64,000 nt of DNA from an uncultured Syntrophaceae bacterium (GCA_964637025.1 CAZWTL010000001.1:9394-73393); one strand, 5' to 3'; positions 44,623-54,560 are shown, counted from the stretch's first letter. Translations and numbers: made by a program. Notes: generated by a model from the letters alone, not told the origin.

Positions 44623-45765
44623 ATGATCAGTCTAAAGCGAATCTCATCGGTTACTTTCTTGTCCATCATGGTTGTGACCCTTTTCGGCAGCGGCATGGCG
44701 GCGGCAGCTGACGACATCCGGATCGGATTCACCCCCCCCATCACCGGGGTCCACGCGGCCGGCGGATCGCTCCAGCTCAAGGCGATCAAGCTCGCCCTCA
44801 AGGAGATCAACGGCGCCGGCGGCATCAACGGCAGGAAGATCGACCTGCGGGTCGTGGACAACCAGTCCACGAATCCCGGCGCGCTCGCGGCCCTGCAGAA
44901 GGCCGTGGAGCAGGAGAAAGTGCTGGCTCTGATGGGCTACCTCTACAGCACCCAGGTCTTTGCCACGGCGGACGCCATCAAGAACTACGGCATCCCCACG
45001 ATTATCGGCGCCACCAACGTCAACATCACCAAGCAGGGGAACCCCTGGCTCTTTCGCGTGCGGCCCGACGACTCCGTCGCCGCCGGGGCCATGGTCAAAT
45101 ACATCAAGGAAGACACCAATTTCACCAAGATCGGACTCATCCACGATTCGGACGCCTTCGGTACCGGCGGTGCGGACCTCGTTGAAAAGGGCGCCAAGGA
45201 ATTGGGGCTGACCGTGGTCAAACGGGAGAAGTCCTCGACCGGGGCAAAAGATTTCACCGCCGAGCTTTTGGCCATGAAGAACGCCGGCGCCCAGATCCTG
45301 ATCTTCTACGGCCACCAGGAAGCCACGGCCGTCCTCCAGCGGCAGCTGCGCCAGCTCGGCTCCCCCTTCAAATTCCTCGGCTCTCCCAGCAGCGCTTCGA
45401 AGGACGCCCTGAACCTCGCCAAGGAGGCTTCCGAGGGGATCTGGGCCGTGGTCGATTTCGTGCCGGGACAGACCGCGGAGAACAAGCGCTACGCCGAGGC
45501 CTACAGGAAGGAATACAACGAAAACTACGACAGCCTCGCCGCCTGGACCTATGACGGGCTCAAGATCCTGGTCGAAGCCATCAAGAAGGCCGGGGAGGAT
45601 CGCGGCAAGATCCGGGAAGCGATCCTGGCCATGCAGGGATACAAGGGCGTCCAGGGCAATTTTGCCTTTACGCCCAACGGTGACGGCCTGAGCGAGGTGA
45701 GCATCGTCCAGATCGAGAAGGGCGAGCCGAAACTCCTGAAGATCGTGAACCTGGGCGCCAAATAG
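44623..45765 (+). CDS. ABC transporter periplasmic substrate-binding protein (LivK/branched-chain amino acid family)
   Basis: A signal peptide (...GSGMAAAADD) precedes a type-I PBP fold, ...IRIGFTPPITG...NQS.... AGGAGGGAGG lies upstream of ATG 44623. Confidence 0.85.
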   Translation: MISLKRISSVTFLSIMVVTLFGSGMAAAADDIRIGFTPPITGVHAAGGSLQLKAIKLALKEINGAGGINGRKIDLRVVDNQSTNPGALAALQKAVEQEKVLALMGYLYSTQVFATADAIKNYGIPTIIGATNVNITKQGNPWLFRVRPDDSVAAGAMVKYIKEDTNFTKIGLIHDSDAFGTGGADLVEKGAKELGLTVVKREKSSTGAKDFTAELLAMKNAGAQILIFYGHQEATAVLQRQLRQLGSPFKFLGSPSSASKDALNLAKEASEGIWAVVDFVPGQTAENKRYAEAYRKEYNENYDSLAAWTYDGLKILVEAIKKAGEDRGKIREAILAMQGYKGVQGNFAFTPNGDGLSEVSIVQIEKGEPKLLKIVNLGAK

Positions 45766-45846
45766 ACGCCCCCAGCGCATGGATGATGCAGCAGGCATCC
45801 GGTCCCGACGGCATGCCGGGACCGGATGCCAAGGAGGGATTCTTAA

Positions 45847-46728
45847 ATGGATTGGTCTACAAATCTTCAAATGGTCGCCGCGGGCCTGGCCATGGGCTCC
45901 ATTTACGCCCTCGTGGCCCTGGGGTTCGTCCTGATCTTCAACGCGGTCAACGTCGTCAATTTTGCGCAGGGGGAATTCGCCATGGTCCCGGCCTTCGTGG
46001 CCGTGTGGCTGATGAACAGCCTGAACACCCCCTTCGCCCTGACCTGCGTGATCACCGTGGTTTTCATGGGGATATTCGGCATCATCTTCCAGCGCATCGC
46101 CTATTATCCCCTGCGCCATCGGAGCTTCCTGCCCGTGGTGATCAGTACCATCGGTGTGGGCATCTTTCTCAAGAACGGGGCACAACTTGTCTTCGGCGCC
46201 GAACCGCTCTCCATGTCCCGACCGACCTCCGCGACGGCCCTGAACATCTTTGGAGTGTTTGTGGACCCCCAGTACATCGTGATCATCCTGTGCACCCTGA
46301 TCCTGCTGGGCTTCCAATATTTTTTATTTGAAAAGACCCTGCTGGGCAAGAAAATGCTCGCCATCGCCCAGGACAAGCAGATGGCGCGGCTTCTGGGTAT
46401 TCCCGTGGCGCAGATGATCGCCATCACCTTTGCCTACAGCTCTATTCTCGGGGCTGCCGCCGGAATCCTGGTCGGGCCTATCTTCTTCGTGACCAAGGAC
46501 ATGGGGGCCATGATCGGGCTCAAAGCCTTCTGCTCGACCATCGTGGGGGGATTCGGGAGCGTCCCCGGTGCGATCCTGGGGGGTCTCTTTTTGGGCGTGA
46601 TCGAGGTCTTTGCCTCGTATTACATCTCGACCGCCTATCGCGACGCCTTCGCCTTCATCATCCTGATCCTCGTTCTCCTTCTGCGTCCGCAGGGGTTCTT
46701 CGGCGAGAAGATCGCCGAGAAGGCATAG
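45847..46728 (+). CDS. ABC transporter permease (LivH family)
   Basis: It is a 293-aa multi-TM protein with ...NFAQGEFAM... and other typical LivH motifs. Confidence 0.85.
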   Translation: MDWSTNLQMVAAGLAMGSIYALVALGFVLIFNAVNVVNFAQGEFAMVPAFVAVWLMNSLNTPFALTCVITVVFMGIFGIIFQRIAYYPLRHRSFLPVVISTIGVGIFLKNGAQLVFGAEPLSMSRPTSATALNIFGVFVDPQYIVIILCTLILLGFQYFLFEKTLLGKKMLAIAQDKQMARLLGIPVAQMIAITFAYSSILGAAAGILVGPIFFVTKDMGAMIGLKAFCSTIVGGFGSVPGAILGGLFLGVIEVFASYYISTAYRDAFAFIILILVLLLRPQGFFGEKIAEKA

Positions 46729-46739
46729 GGGGTGCGCCG

Positions 46740-48575
46740 ATGAAGATTCGAAGCAAGAACCTGCTCGTAGCTGTCGTCCTGGTCGCCGTCGTGGTGTTTC
46801 TCCCCCGGTTCATCACGAGCAACTACTGGCTCAACCTCATCAACCTCGCCATCAGTTTTTCGATCGCGTGCTTGGGGCTGAACATCGTGCTGGGATTCGC
46901 GGGGCAGCTCTCGCTGGCCCAGGCGGCCTTCTGGGGGGTCGGGGCCTACACCTCGGCCATCCTCACCACCCAACTGGGTCTGCCCGTGTGGGCCGGGATG
47001 TTCGCCGCGTTTTTCGTCGCGGCGTTTTGCGGAGTGCTCCTGGGCATCCCCACGCTCAAGCTCTCCGGCCACTACCTGGCCATGGCCACGATCGGGTTCG
47101 GGATCATCCTCCAGCTCATCCTGGTCAATGAAATCTGGCTGACCAAAGGGTCCGACGGTATCACCACGATTCCCTCGCCCTGGATCGGTCCTTTGGAGCT
47201 CAAAGATCCGGGCGCCTTCTTCTACGTGGCGGCGGTCTCACTGATCCTCCTGACCTGGGGCGCCATCCACCTCAAGGACTCCCGCGTGGGCCGCGCCTTC
47301 ATGGCCATCCGGGAAAACGAGATGGCGGCCGGGGCTACGGGGGTGGACACGACCTATTACAAGATCATGGCCTTCGCGCTTTCGGCAGGGTATGGCGGCT
47401 TCGGGGGCTGGATGTTTGCCCACAGCGGCTCGCACTACATCAGCCCGGACACCTTTTCCTTCGATCAGTCGGTGATCCTCCTGGTGATGACCGTGCTGGG
47501 TGGGAACGGCTCCCCCATCGGCTCCATCGTGGGCGCGACGCTCCTGACGATGCTGCCCGAGGTCCTGCGGTTTTTGAAGGACTCCTACATGATGGTCTAC
47601 GCCGCCGGTATCGTGGCGATCATGATCTTCATGCCCAGCGGCATCGCGGGCCTGGTCCAGAGCATGCCCTTGAGTGTCCGGTTGAGGGGTTGGTGGAACG
47701 CCGACTCGACGGCGGCCCGGCAGGTCGCGGCTGCCGTAGCCTCCGGAGAGAATCGCGGCGAAAGCCGGAAGACCTTCAAACCCGAGGACTGCGCAGCATC
47801 GGGCGAGGTGCTGCTCACCGTCAAGGGGCTGGCCAAACACTTCGGGGGCCTCAAAGCCGTGGACGGGGTGGACATGGTGGTCAGGCGGGGCGAGATCCAG
47901 GCCCTCATCGGCCCGAACGGCTCCGGAAAGACGACGATCCTCAACATGTTGAGCGGCCTTTACGTCCCCACCGCCGGGGAGATCACCCTGGGCAGCGCCG
48001 CAATCGCCGGGAAGAAGCCCCACCTCATCACCTCCCTGGGCATGGCCAGGACCTTCCAGAACATCCGCCTCTTCGGCGAGCTCACTGTGCTCGACAACGT
48101 GCTGATTGGCCGCCATTGCCACTGCCGGACGGGGCTTTGGGCCAGCATCCTCCATCTGCCCTCCCAGAGGGACGAGGAGTCCGCGATACGGGCCAAGGCG
48201 CTGGAGATGCTGGAATTCGTCGGCCTCAAGGGCAAGGAGTTTGCCCAAGCCAACAGCCTGCCCTACGGTCAGCAGCGGCTGCTCGAGCTGGCGCGGGCCC
48301 TGGCCTCGGAACCCCAGCTCCTGCTCCTGGACGAGCCGGCAGCGGGATTGAATGCCGCCGAGACCGAGGCGCTGGTGGGGCTCCTGTTCCAGATCTGCAC
48401 CCGGGGTGTCACGATCCTTCTTGTCGAGCACGACATGAACCTGGTCATGAACGTTTCCGACCACATCACGGTCTTGAACTTCGGTAAGAAGATCGCCGAA
48501 GGGTCGGCGGAAACGATCGAAAAAAACCGGGAAGTGATCGACGCCTATCTGGGAACGGAGGTGGGAAATGCTTAA
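46740..48575 (+). CDS. Fused ABC permease (LivM-like) and ATPase (LivG-like)
   Basis: The N-terminal roughly 330 aa is a multi-TM LivM-like segment (...GQLSLAQAAFWGVGAY...). The C-terminal half has Walker A GPNGSGKTT, the signature YGQQRLLELARAL, and Walker B LLLLDEP. Confidence 0.8.
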   Translation: MKIRSKNLLVAVVLVAVVVFLPRFITSNYWLNLINLAISFSIACLGLNIVLGFAGQLSLAQAAFWGVGAYTSAILTTQLGLPVWAGMFAAFFVAAFCGVLLGIPTLKLSGHYLAMATIGFGIILQLILVNEIWLTKGSDGITTIPSPWIGPLELKDPGAFFYVAAVSLILLTWGAIHLKDSRVGRAFMAIRENEMAAGATGVDTTYYKIMAFALSAGYGGFGGWMFAHSGSHYISPDTFSFDQSVILLVMTVLGGNGSPIGSIVGATLLTMLPEVLRFLKDSYMMVYAAGIVAIMIFMPSGIAGLVQSMPLSVRLRGWWNADSTAARQVAAAVASGENRGESRKTFKPEDCAASGEVLLTVKGLAKHFGGLKAVDGVDMVVRRGEIQALIGPNGSGKTTILNMLSGLYVPTAGEITLGSAAIAGKKPHLITSLGMARTFQNIRLFGELTVLDNVLIGRHCHCRTGLWASILHLPSQRDEESAIRAKALEMLEFVGLKGKEFAQANSLPYGQQRLLELARALASEPQLLLLDEPAAGLNAAETEALVGLLFQICTRGVTILLVEHDMNLVMNVSDHITVLNFGKKIAEGSAETIEKNREVIDAYLGTEVGNA

Positions 48576-49344
48576 GGTCGAAGGAATCGAAACCTGGTAC
48601 GGCGCCATTCAGGCCTTGAAGGGGATCTCCCTGGACGTCAAGGAGGGGGAGATCGTGGCGCTGCTGGGTGCCAACGGCGCGGGCAAGAGCACGACCATCA
48701 TGACCATCACGGGTATGCTCAAGCCCGCCAAGGGGCGGATCGAGTTCTGCGGACAGGACATCGCGGGAATGAAAGCGGAGCGCATCGCGGAGGCCGGGAT
48801 CGCCTGTGTGCCGGAGGGACGGCGCATCTTTCCGGGGCTCAATGTGATCGACAACCTGATGCTGGGGGCGACCGCGAGGAAGCGCGCATCCAGGGCGGAA
48901 ATCCAGAAGGACCTGGAACGCGTCTTCACCATCTTTCCGCAGCTCGCGGAATTCAAGGGGCGGTTGGGCTGGCAGCTCTCCGGAGGCCAGCTCCAGATGC
49001 TGGCCATCGGCCGGGGGCTCATGGCCAACTCCAAGATCCTGCTTCTGGACGAGCCTTCCCTGGGGCTGGCGCCGGTCGTGGTGCAGGAAGTGTTCAGGGT
49101 CATCAAGGAGATCAACAGGGCCGGGACGACAATCCTGCTCGTGGAGCAGAACGCCCGGATGGCCCTTTTGATCGCGAACCGCGGTTTCGTGCTGGAGACA
49201 GGCAGGGTGATGCTGGCCGATACGGCGGCAAATCTCCTGGCCAACGAAGAGATGAAGGCCCACTACCTGGGGGCCCACGCCCACGTCAAGGAGGCGCGCC
49301 AGCGCCGGCGCGAAGCGAAGGCGGCGTCGCAGTTACAGGCTTGA
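48568..49344 (+). CDS. ABC transporter ATP-binding protein (LivF family)
   Basis: It has Walker A GANGAGKST, the signature LSGGQLQMLAIGRGL, and Walker B ILLLDEPS. It overlaps the upstream gene by 8 nt. Confidence 0.85.
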   Translation: MLKVEGIETWYGAIQALKGISLDVKEGEIVALLGANGAGKSTTIMTITGMLKPAKGRIEFCGQDIAGMKAERIAEAGIACVPEGRRIFPGLNVIDNLMLGATARKRASRAEIQKDLERVFTIFPQLAEFKGRLGWQLSGGQLQMLAIGRGLMANSKILLLDEPSLGLAPVVVQEVFRVIKEINRAGTTILLVEQNARMALLIANRGFVLETGRVMLADTAANLLANEEMKAHYLGAHAHVKEARQRRREAKAASQLQA

Positions 49345-49395
49345 CGGGCCTCCGGGGCTTGCCGAGCGGGCATCGTGGAAAGGGAATGAGCATCG

Positions 49396-50889
49396 ATGGA
49401 CGTGATTCAGATCAACGAGAGAGATCTGGTGGCCGTCGCGCCGACGGGGCTGCGCAAGGGACAGTCCGTCAAGGCCGCCGGACGGGAGATCCTGGTTCTC
49501 GACGACATCCCGGCGTGTCACAAAATAGCGGTTAAGGAAATTGCCGCCGGTACCGGGGTGGTGAAATACGGTTGCCGCTTCGGGGTTGCCACCGAAGATA
49601 TCCGGCAGGGTCAGTGGGTGCACACCCATAACGTACGCTCGGAACTGGGAGGGACAGCGTCCTACCGGTACGAGCCCGAACTGGAGGGCGCCAGGAACGG
49701 CGAGGAGGAAGAAGCCTATTTCCGTGGTTATTGGCGCCAGGACGGCCAGGCCGGGATCAGGAACTATGTCTTTGTGATCCCCACGGTCCAGTGTGCCAAC
49801 GCCTCGGCGCAGAAGATCGCGGCCCGGGCCAACGCGCTCTTTCCCGCATCGGAGGATTTCGACGGCTTCGTCGTGTTGCCCCACGCCTACGGCTGCTGCC
49901 AGGCGGGTGACGACCTCTCGAACTTGCAGAAGATCCTGGCGGGCCTGGCGCACAATCCCAATGCCGCCGGGACCCTGTTTGTGAGCCTGGGCTGTGAAGT
50001 CAACGCCCCTTCGGTTTTCGAGCCGATCCTCGGGAATGTGGACCCGGAAAGGGTCAAGATCCTCATCATGCAGGAGGTGGGCGACGAGATTGAAGAGGGG
50101 ATCAGGCGCTGCGGCCAGATCCATCAGACCGTGAGCGGCTTCCGGCGCACCCCGGTCCCCTTTTCCAAGCTGGTGGTCGGGGTGAACTGCGGCGGATCCG
50201 ACGGCCTGTCGGGGATCACGGCGAATCCCCTGGTGGGCGAGCTGAGCGGCATGATCATCCGCCGGGGCGGCAGCGTGATCATGACCGAGGTTCCCGAGAT
50301 GTTCGGGGCAGAACAGTTTCTGATGAACCGCGCCCGGGACGAAAAGGTCTACAGCGCGATCGTCCGGATGATCGACGACTACAAGGCCTATTTTGAAAGC
50401 CACGGTGAATCGGCGGCCGGCAATCTGACCCAGGGCAACCAGGCCGGAGGACTCACGACGCTGGAGGAAAAGTCGCTGGGATGCATCCAGAAGGGCGGCA
50501 CGGCGGTCGTGACCGACGTGCTCAGTTCCGGCGAACGGTTCCGCAAGCCGGGGTTGGTGTTGCTCAGCAGCGCGGGCAACGATTTCATCGGGGTCACGTC
50601 GCAGATCGTCGCGGGGTGCAACCTCATCGTCTTTACCACCGGACGCGGCACGCCCGGCGGGTTTGCCGCGCCGACTTTCAGGATCTCTTCCAATACAGCG
50701 ATCCATGAGCACAAGCCGCATTGGATCGACTTCAACGCGGGCGTTCTGCTGGAGGGGAGAGGGCTCCGGGAGACGGCGGCCGGCCTGTATGACAAGGTCA
50801 TGGAGACGGTCAATGGGCAATACCGTGCCCGCAACGAGGTGAACGGGTATTTCGAGATCGGGATCTTCAAGCAAGGCATCACGATCTAG
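49396..50889 (+). CDS. UxaA-family hydro-lyase (altronate/galactarate dehydratase-like, SAF + UxaA_C)
   Basis: An N-terminal SAF-like beta-clip (...IPACHKIAV...GQWVHTHN) is followed by the large UxaA C-terminal domain (...GCEVN..., ...TGRGTPGG...); 497 aa. Confidence 0.75.
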   Translation: MDVIQINERDLVAVAPTGLRKGQSVKAAGREILVLDDIPACHKIAVKEIAAGTGVVKYGCRFGVATEDIRQGQWVHTHNVRSELGGTASYRYEPELEGARNGEEEEAYFRGYWRQDGQAGIRNYVFVIPTVQCANASAQKIAARANALFPASEDFDGFVVLPHAYGCCQAGDDLSNLQKILAGLAHNPNAAGTLFVSLGCEVNAPSVFEPILGNVDPERVKILIMQEVGDEIEEGIRRCGQIHQTVSGFRRTPVPFSKLVVGVNCGGSDGLSGITANPLVGELSGMIIRRGGSVIMTEVPEMFGAEQFLMNRARDEKVYSAIVRMIDDYKAYFESHGESAAGNLTQGNQAGGLTTLEEKSLGCIQKGGTAVVTDVLSSGERFRKPGLVLLSSAGNDFIGVTSQIVAGCNLIVFTTGRGTPGGFAAPTFRISSNTAIHEHKPHWIDFNAGVLLEGRGLRETAAGLYDKVMETVNGQYRARNEVNGYFEIGIFKQGITI

Positions 50890-51021
50890 CGTTGGGCGGC
50901 TGCGCGGCCCGGAGGGGGCGGAGCGCGGACGCCTGATGATGGCGAAGGACGGGGATGCACTGACGCCCCGGTGGTTGTGGACAACAAAATGTGCCTATCG
51001 GTGAAAGGAGGAGCAGAGAAC

Positions 51022-51915
51022 ATGAAAAAAGCGTGGAGGAAGTTTGTCTTGCTGTTGGTGGTGGCCATCGGTGTACCCCTGACGTTCTCGGGGTTTCTGT
51101 ACGCAGCGGATTCGGGGTCGGATAAGATCGTCCAGAGCGGGACGATCCTGACGGTGGCCGAATCCAAGAGGCTGATCGGCAAGGCTGTGGCGCAGATGCC
51201 GATCGTCAAGAACGCCCTGGCAAACGGGATGGTGATCATCATCAAGGGGACGACCAATGCCTACGTGGCAGAGGAAATCACCGGGACGAAAGTCAAGCAT
51301 GGAGAATTTGTGACGGGAAGGGTTGAACCCGAGAAAGGGGCAAAACTGCTCCCCGTAAACGCTGCCGCTCCCCACCTCGTTTTGGAGAAAGGCAAGGTCG
51401 TAAATCTCTCGCTTCCCGATGCCGCGAAGAAGCTCAAGCCGGGCGACGTGGTGATCAAGGGGGCCAATGCCCTGGACTACAAGAACAAGGTGGCGGCGAC
51501 CAATATCCTGGACCCGTTCGGCGGAACGCTGGGGGCCACGTGGCCCATTTCGATCGCAAGGAAGGTTCATGTCGTCATCCCGGTCGGTCTCGACAAAGTG
51601 GTTGCCGGGGATGTGGTGGATCTGACCTTGAAAATGCGTGAGCCAATTGAGACGTTGACTGCCCCCGCCGGCACTCCGCCCTTGCCATTTCCCGGTGATG
51701 TTATTCCCTCCATGTGGCTCCTCACGGGTGAGATTGTCACGGAGCTGGAGGCCATTAACATCCTGACCGGAGCAACGGCCTTTCAGTCCAGTGGTGGAGG
51801 TATCAGCGGTGCGGAAGGGGCCGTGTGGATCGTTTTCAGGGGAACCAGGGATCAGGTCCAGAAGGCCTTGGATTTGACGAGATCCATCCACGGGGAACCG
51901 CCATACACGGAATAG
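51022..51915 (+). CDS. Exported/anchored hypothetical protein (weak LUD/DUF162-like segment)
   Basis: AAAGGAGGAG lies upstream of ATG 51022. The N-terminus MKKAWRKFVLLLVVAIGVPLTFSGFLYA/AD looks like a Sec signal or anchor. The segment VVIKGANALDY...ARKVHVVIPVGLDKVV only loosely recalls LUD-domain proteins. Confidence 0.5.
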   Translation: MKKAWRKFVLLLVVAIGVPLTFSGFLYAADSGSDKIVQSGTILTVAESKRLIGKAVAQMPIVKNALANGMVIIIKGTTNAYVAEEITGTKVKHGEFVTGRVEPEKGAKLLPVNAAAPHLVLEKGKVVNLSLPDAAKKLKPGDVVIKGANALDYKNKVAATNILDPFGGTLGATWPISIARKVHVVIPVGLDKVVAGDVVDLTLKMREPIETLTAPAGTPPLPFPGDVIPSMWLLTGEIVTELEAINILTGATAFQSSGGGISGAEGAVWIVFRGTRDQVQKALDLTRSIHGEPPYTE

Positions 51916-51931
51916 AGAACAAGAGAGTCGG

Positions 51932-53230
51932 ATGAACGGACCAGCCCCTCCAATAAACCCATTCCGGGGGGCTGGTCATCTCCATACCCTGACCGGGAGC
52001 AGCAGAGGATCGGCCGTGAGTGATGATGCGAAAAAATCCGCTTACCGAGGACTTTTTATCATCAATTTTCTAATTTCCCTTGGCTTTGGAATCGTCGATC
52101 CTTTCTTCTCGGTTTACGCTTTCAGCGCCGGCGCCACGGCATTTCACATTGCCCTGATCTTTTCAGCCTATGCCGTTGCCAAAATGGTCATGTCGCCGCT
52201 CATCGGATGGTGGTCCGACCGTCGGGGACGCCGCGAACTGATCATCGCCGGTCTTTGTGCCTGCCTGTTGGTTTCCCTGTGCTACCTCCTCGAACCGGGG
52301 CCACTGGCCTTGATAGCCCTCAGGATCATTCAGGGAATCGGCGCTGCCCTGATCCGGCCGATTGCCCTGGCATTCATCGGGGATATGGCGCCGGCAAGCA
52401 GAGAGGCCCGGGCCATGGGGACCTTTGATATTTCCTATTTCAGCGCACAGGCCGTCGGCCCTGTCATCGGGGGGGCGCTAAAGGATGTTGCCGGTTTCCC
52501 GGGCCTTTTCCTGAGTCTCGTTGTGCTCTGCTTCATGTCGCTCCTTTGGGCCTTGTGTTTTGGGATGATTTCTCCCGTCAAGGTTCAGGCAGCCAGGGTG
52601 ACCTGGAGCCGGTTCCATCCGGGTGGTCTGGGAATGGGCAGAATGGTTGTCGGTCTTTCGGGCTTCATTTTCACGAGATCTTTCTCTATTGTGCTTTTTA
52701 CCATATTCATTCCGATTTTCATGTATGACCGCTTGAAACTCACAGGGGTGGAAATGGGCATCGTCATGGGGGCCGGCACGGTGATCACCGCGCTCCTCTT
52801 GCGGCCCATGGGCATCCTTTCCGATCGATTGAACCGTCGGTGGCTGGTCATCTGCGGCGGTTCCATGACGGCCCTCCTGACCTTTTGCCTTCCCCTGGCC
52901 CAAAGTTTCGGTCACCTGCTGTCTCTGAGTATTGCCATCGGCATATTCAGGGTGGTATCATTGCCTGCCAGTTCAGCCCTTCTGGTCCATGAGGGGAATC
53001 TCCACGGGATGGGGTTTTCCATGGGCGTCTTTTACGGCGCCATGAACTTCGGCACGGTTCTGGCCCCACTGGCAGGCGGCTTTGCCTTGGGTTTTGGGGG
53101 AATCGAGACCATTTTCCAGGGAGCGGCCATCCTGGGGCTGATCGGCATCGCTTTCTTCTGCCTCTGCTCGTGGCCGGTCGCAACCCTGGAAAAAATGGAG
53201 AAGGAAGTGTCTGCCTGCACATCCCCGTAA
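51932..53230 (+). CDS. MFS transporter
   Basis: It has about 12 predicted TM segments and the MFS signature GWWSDRRGRR. The start is uncertain (ATG 51932 or an internal GTG near 52016). Confidence 0.75.
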   Translation: MNGPAPPINPFRGAGHLHTLTGSSRGSAVSDDAKKSAYRGLFIINFLISLGFGIVDPFFSVYAFSAGATAFHIALIFSAYAVAKMVMSPLIGWWSDRRGRRELIIAGLCACLLVSLCYLLEPGPLALIALRIIQGIGAALIRPIALAFIGDMAPASREARAMGTFDISYFSAQAVGPVIGGALKDVAGFPGLFLSLVVLCFMSLLWALCFGMISPVKVQAARVTWSRFHPGGLGMGRMVVGLSGFIFTRSFSIVLFTIFIPIFMYDRLKLTGVEMGIVMGAGTVITALLLRPMGILSDRLNRRWLVICGGSMTALLTFCLPLAQSFGHLLSLSIAIGIFRVVSLPASSALLVHEGNLHGMGFSMGVFYGAMNFGTVLAPLAGGFALGFGGIETIFQGAAILGLIGIAFFCLCSWPVATLEKMEKEVSACTSP

Positions 53231-53258
53231 TGGAGAGAATGTTGAACAAATCAGGTGA

Positions 53259-54536
53259 ATGATGAAATGCCTGGATTTAAAACAGTTTCCCGCTATCGAC
53301 CTTCCCAGGTTCCTCAGAGCGAAACAGCATTTTGAGAAGAAGCGCATCGACGATATTGCTCATGAGGTCGAAATGAAACTGGCGCCTCACTTGAGGCGGG
53401 TCCGGGGCAAAAGGATCGCCATCGGGATCGGCAGCAGGGGCATTGCCAACCTCAGCAAGATTGCCAAGAGCCTCATCGGTGAACTCGTTGCCGCGGGCGC
53501 CGAACCTTTCATCATCCCCTCCATGGGAAGCCATGGCGGGGCGACGGCCTCGGGACAGGCGGCGATCCTCGCATCGTACGGGATTACGCCGGAGAGCATG
53601 GGGGTGCCGGTTGAAGCCTCCATGGAAGTGGCGGGCATTGGGGAGATCGAACCCGGAATGCCCGTTTCCATCGCCAAAAGCGCCCTGCAGGCAGACGGCA
53701 TGGTCGTGATCGCCCGTATCAAGCCTCACACCGCTTTCCGGGGTCCGATCGAAAGCGGCGTGGCCAAAATGCTGACGATTGGCCTGGGGAAGCAGATCGG
53801 GGCCGATCGCATCCACCATGAGGGGTTTCCCCGCTTCGCAGAACTCATTCCCCGGATGGCGAGGATGGTTGTCGAAAGGACCCCCATTCTTTTTGCCTTG
53901 GGGGTGGTTGAAAATGCCTATGAACAGACCTACCGGATTGAGGCCTTCTCCCGGCAGGAGATCCTGTCCATGGAGAAGGAGGCGGCCCTGCTCGAGGAGA
54001 GCAAGCGGATCATGGGACGGCTCCTGTTTCCCGAGTTCGACGTGCTGGTGATCGAGGAGATCGGCAAAGACATCAGCGGGGACGGTCAGGATCCCAACGT
54101 CACGGGCCTCTATCTGACCCAGTGCTGCCATGGCGGTCCCAGCTTTCAAAAGAGCGTGATCTTTGACTTGTCCGCTGAAGCCCATGGGAATGCCAACGGC
54201 ATGGGATGCGTCGACATCATCACGCGAAACCTGTTCGACAAGATCGATTTTGTGAGCACCTATACCAACGCCCTCACCCACACGGAGTTTTTGGCGGTCA
54301 AGATTCCCCTGGTCGCGGCAAGCAAGGAGGATGCCCTCCGGATCGCCCTTAAGACCTGCAACGGGACGGCTCCGGGGAAGCAGAAGGTCGTATGGATCAA
54401 GAACACCTGTATGCTGGAGGAGATCGTGATCAGTGAACCCCTGTTGGAAGAGGCGAAGTCCCATCCCCAGATCGAAGTGTTCGATCCCATCGGTGACGTT
54501 GCCTTTCCGCAAGGGGAACCGGTATTCCCGTGGTAG
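53259..54536 (+). CDS. Conserved protein, possibly LarA_N/DUF2088-related (lactate-racemase-domain-like)
   Basis: It is 425 aa. The motifs SMGSHGGATASGQ and IARIKPHTAFRGPIESGVAKMLTIGLGK recall proteins annotated as lactate racemase domain-containing. This assignment is from memory only. Confidence 0.4.
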   Translation: MMKCLDLKQFPAIDLPRFLRAKQHFEKKRIDDIAHEVEMKLAPHLRRVRGKRIAIGIGSRGIANLSKIAKSLIGELVAAGAEPFIIPSMGSHGGATASGQAAILASYGITPESMGVPVEASMEVAGIGEIEPGMPVSIAKSALQADGMVVIARIKPHTAFRGPIESGVAKMLTIGLGKQIGADRIHHEGFPRFAELIPRMARMVVERTPILFALGVVENAYEQTYRIEAFSRQEILSMEKEAALLEESKRIMGRLLFPEFDVLVIEEIGKDISGDGQDPNVTGLYLTQCCHGGPSFQKSVIFDLSAEAHGNANGMGCVDIITRNLFDKIDFVSTYTNALTHTEFLAVKIPLVAASKEDALRIALKTCNGTAPGKQKVVWIKNTCMLEEIVISEPLLEEAKSHPQIEVFDPIGDVAFPQGEPVFPW

Positions 54537-54560
54537 CGGGGACAGGAACAGGAATCGAGC

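Noticed and set aside
44644-46317. A 557-aa minus-strand ORF lies across the livK-like and livH-like genes. Similar long antisense or alternate-frame ORFs occur elsewhere, for example 53277-55034, 61751-63295, 49333-50874, 55857-57371, 8086-9588, 40578-41966, 47238-48608 and 55028-56215.
   Set aside because: All overlap well-supported genes on the other strand or frame. All have compositionally biased translations (R/G/P/H/D-rich) and no motifs. I treat them as high-GC artefacts rather than overlapping genes.
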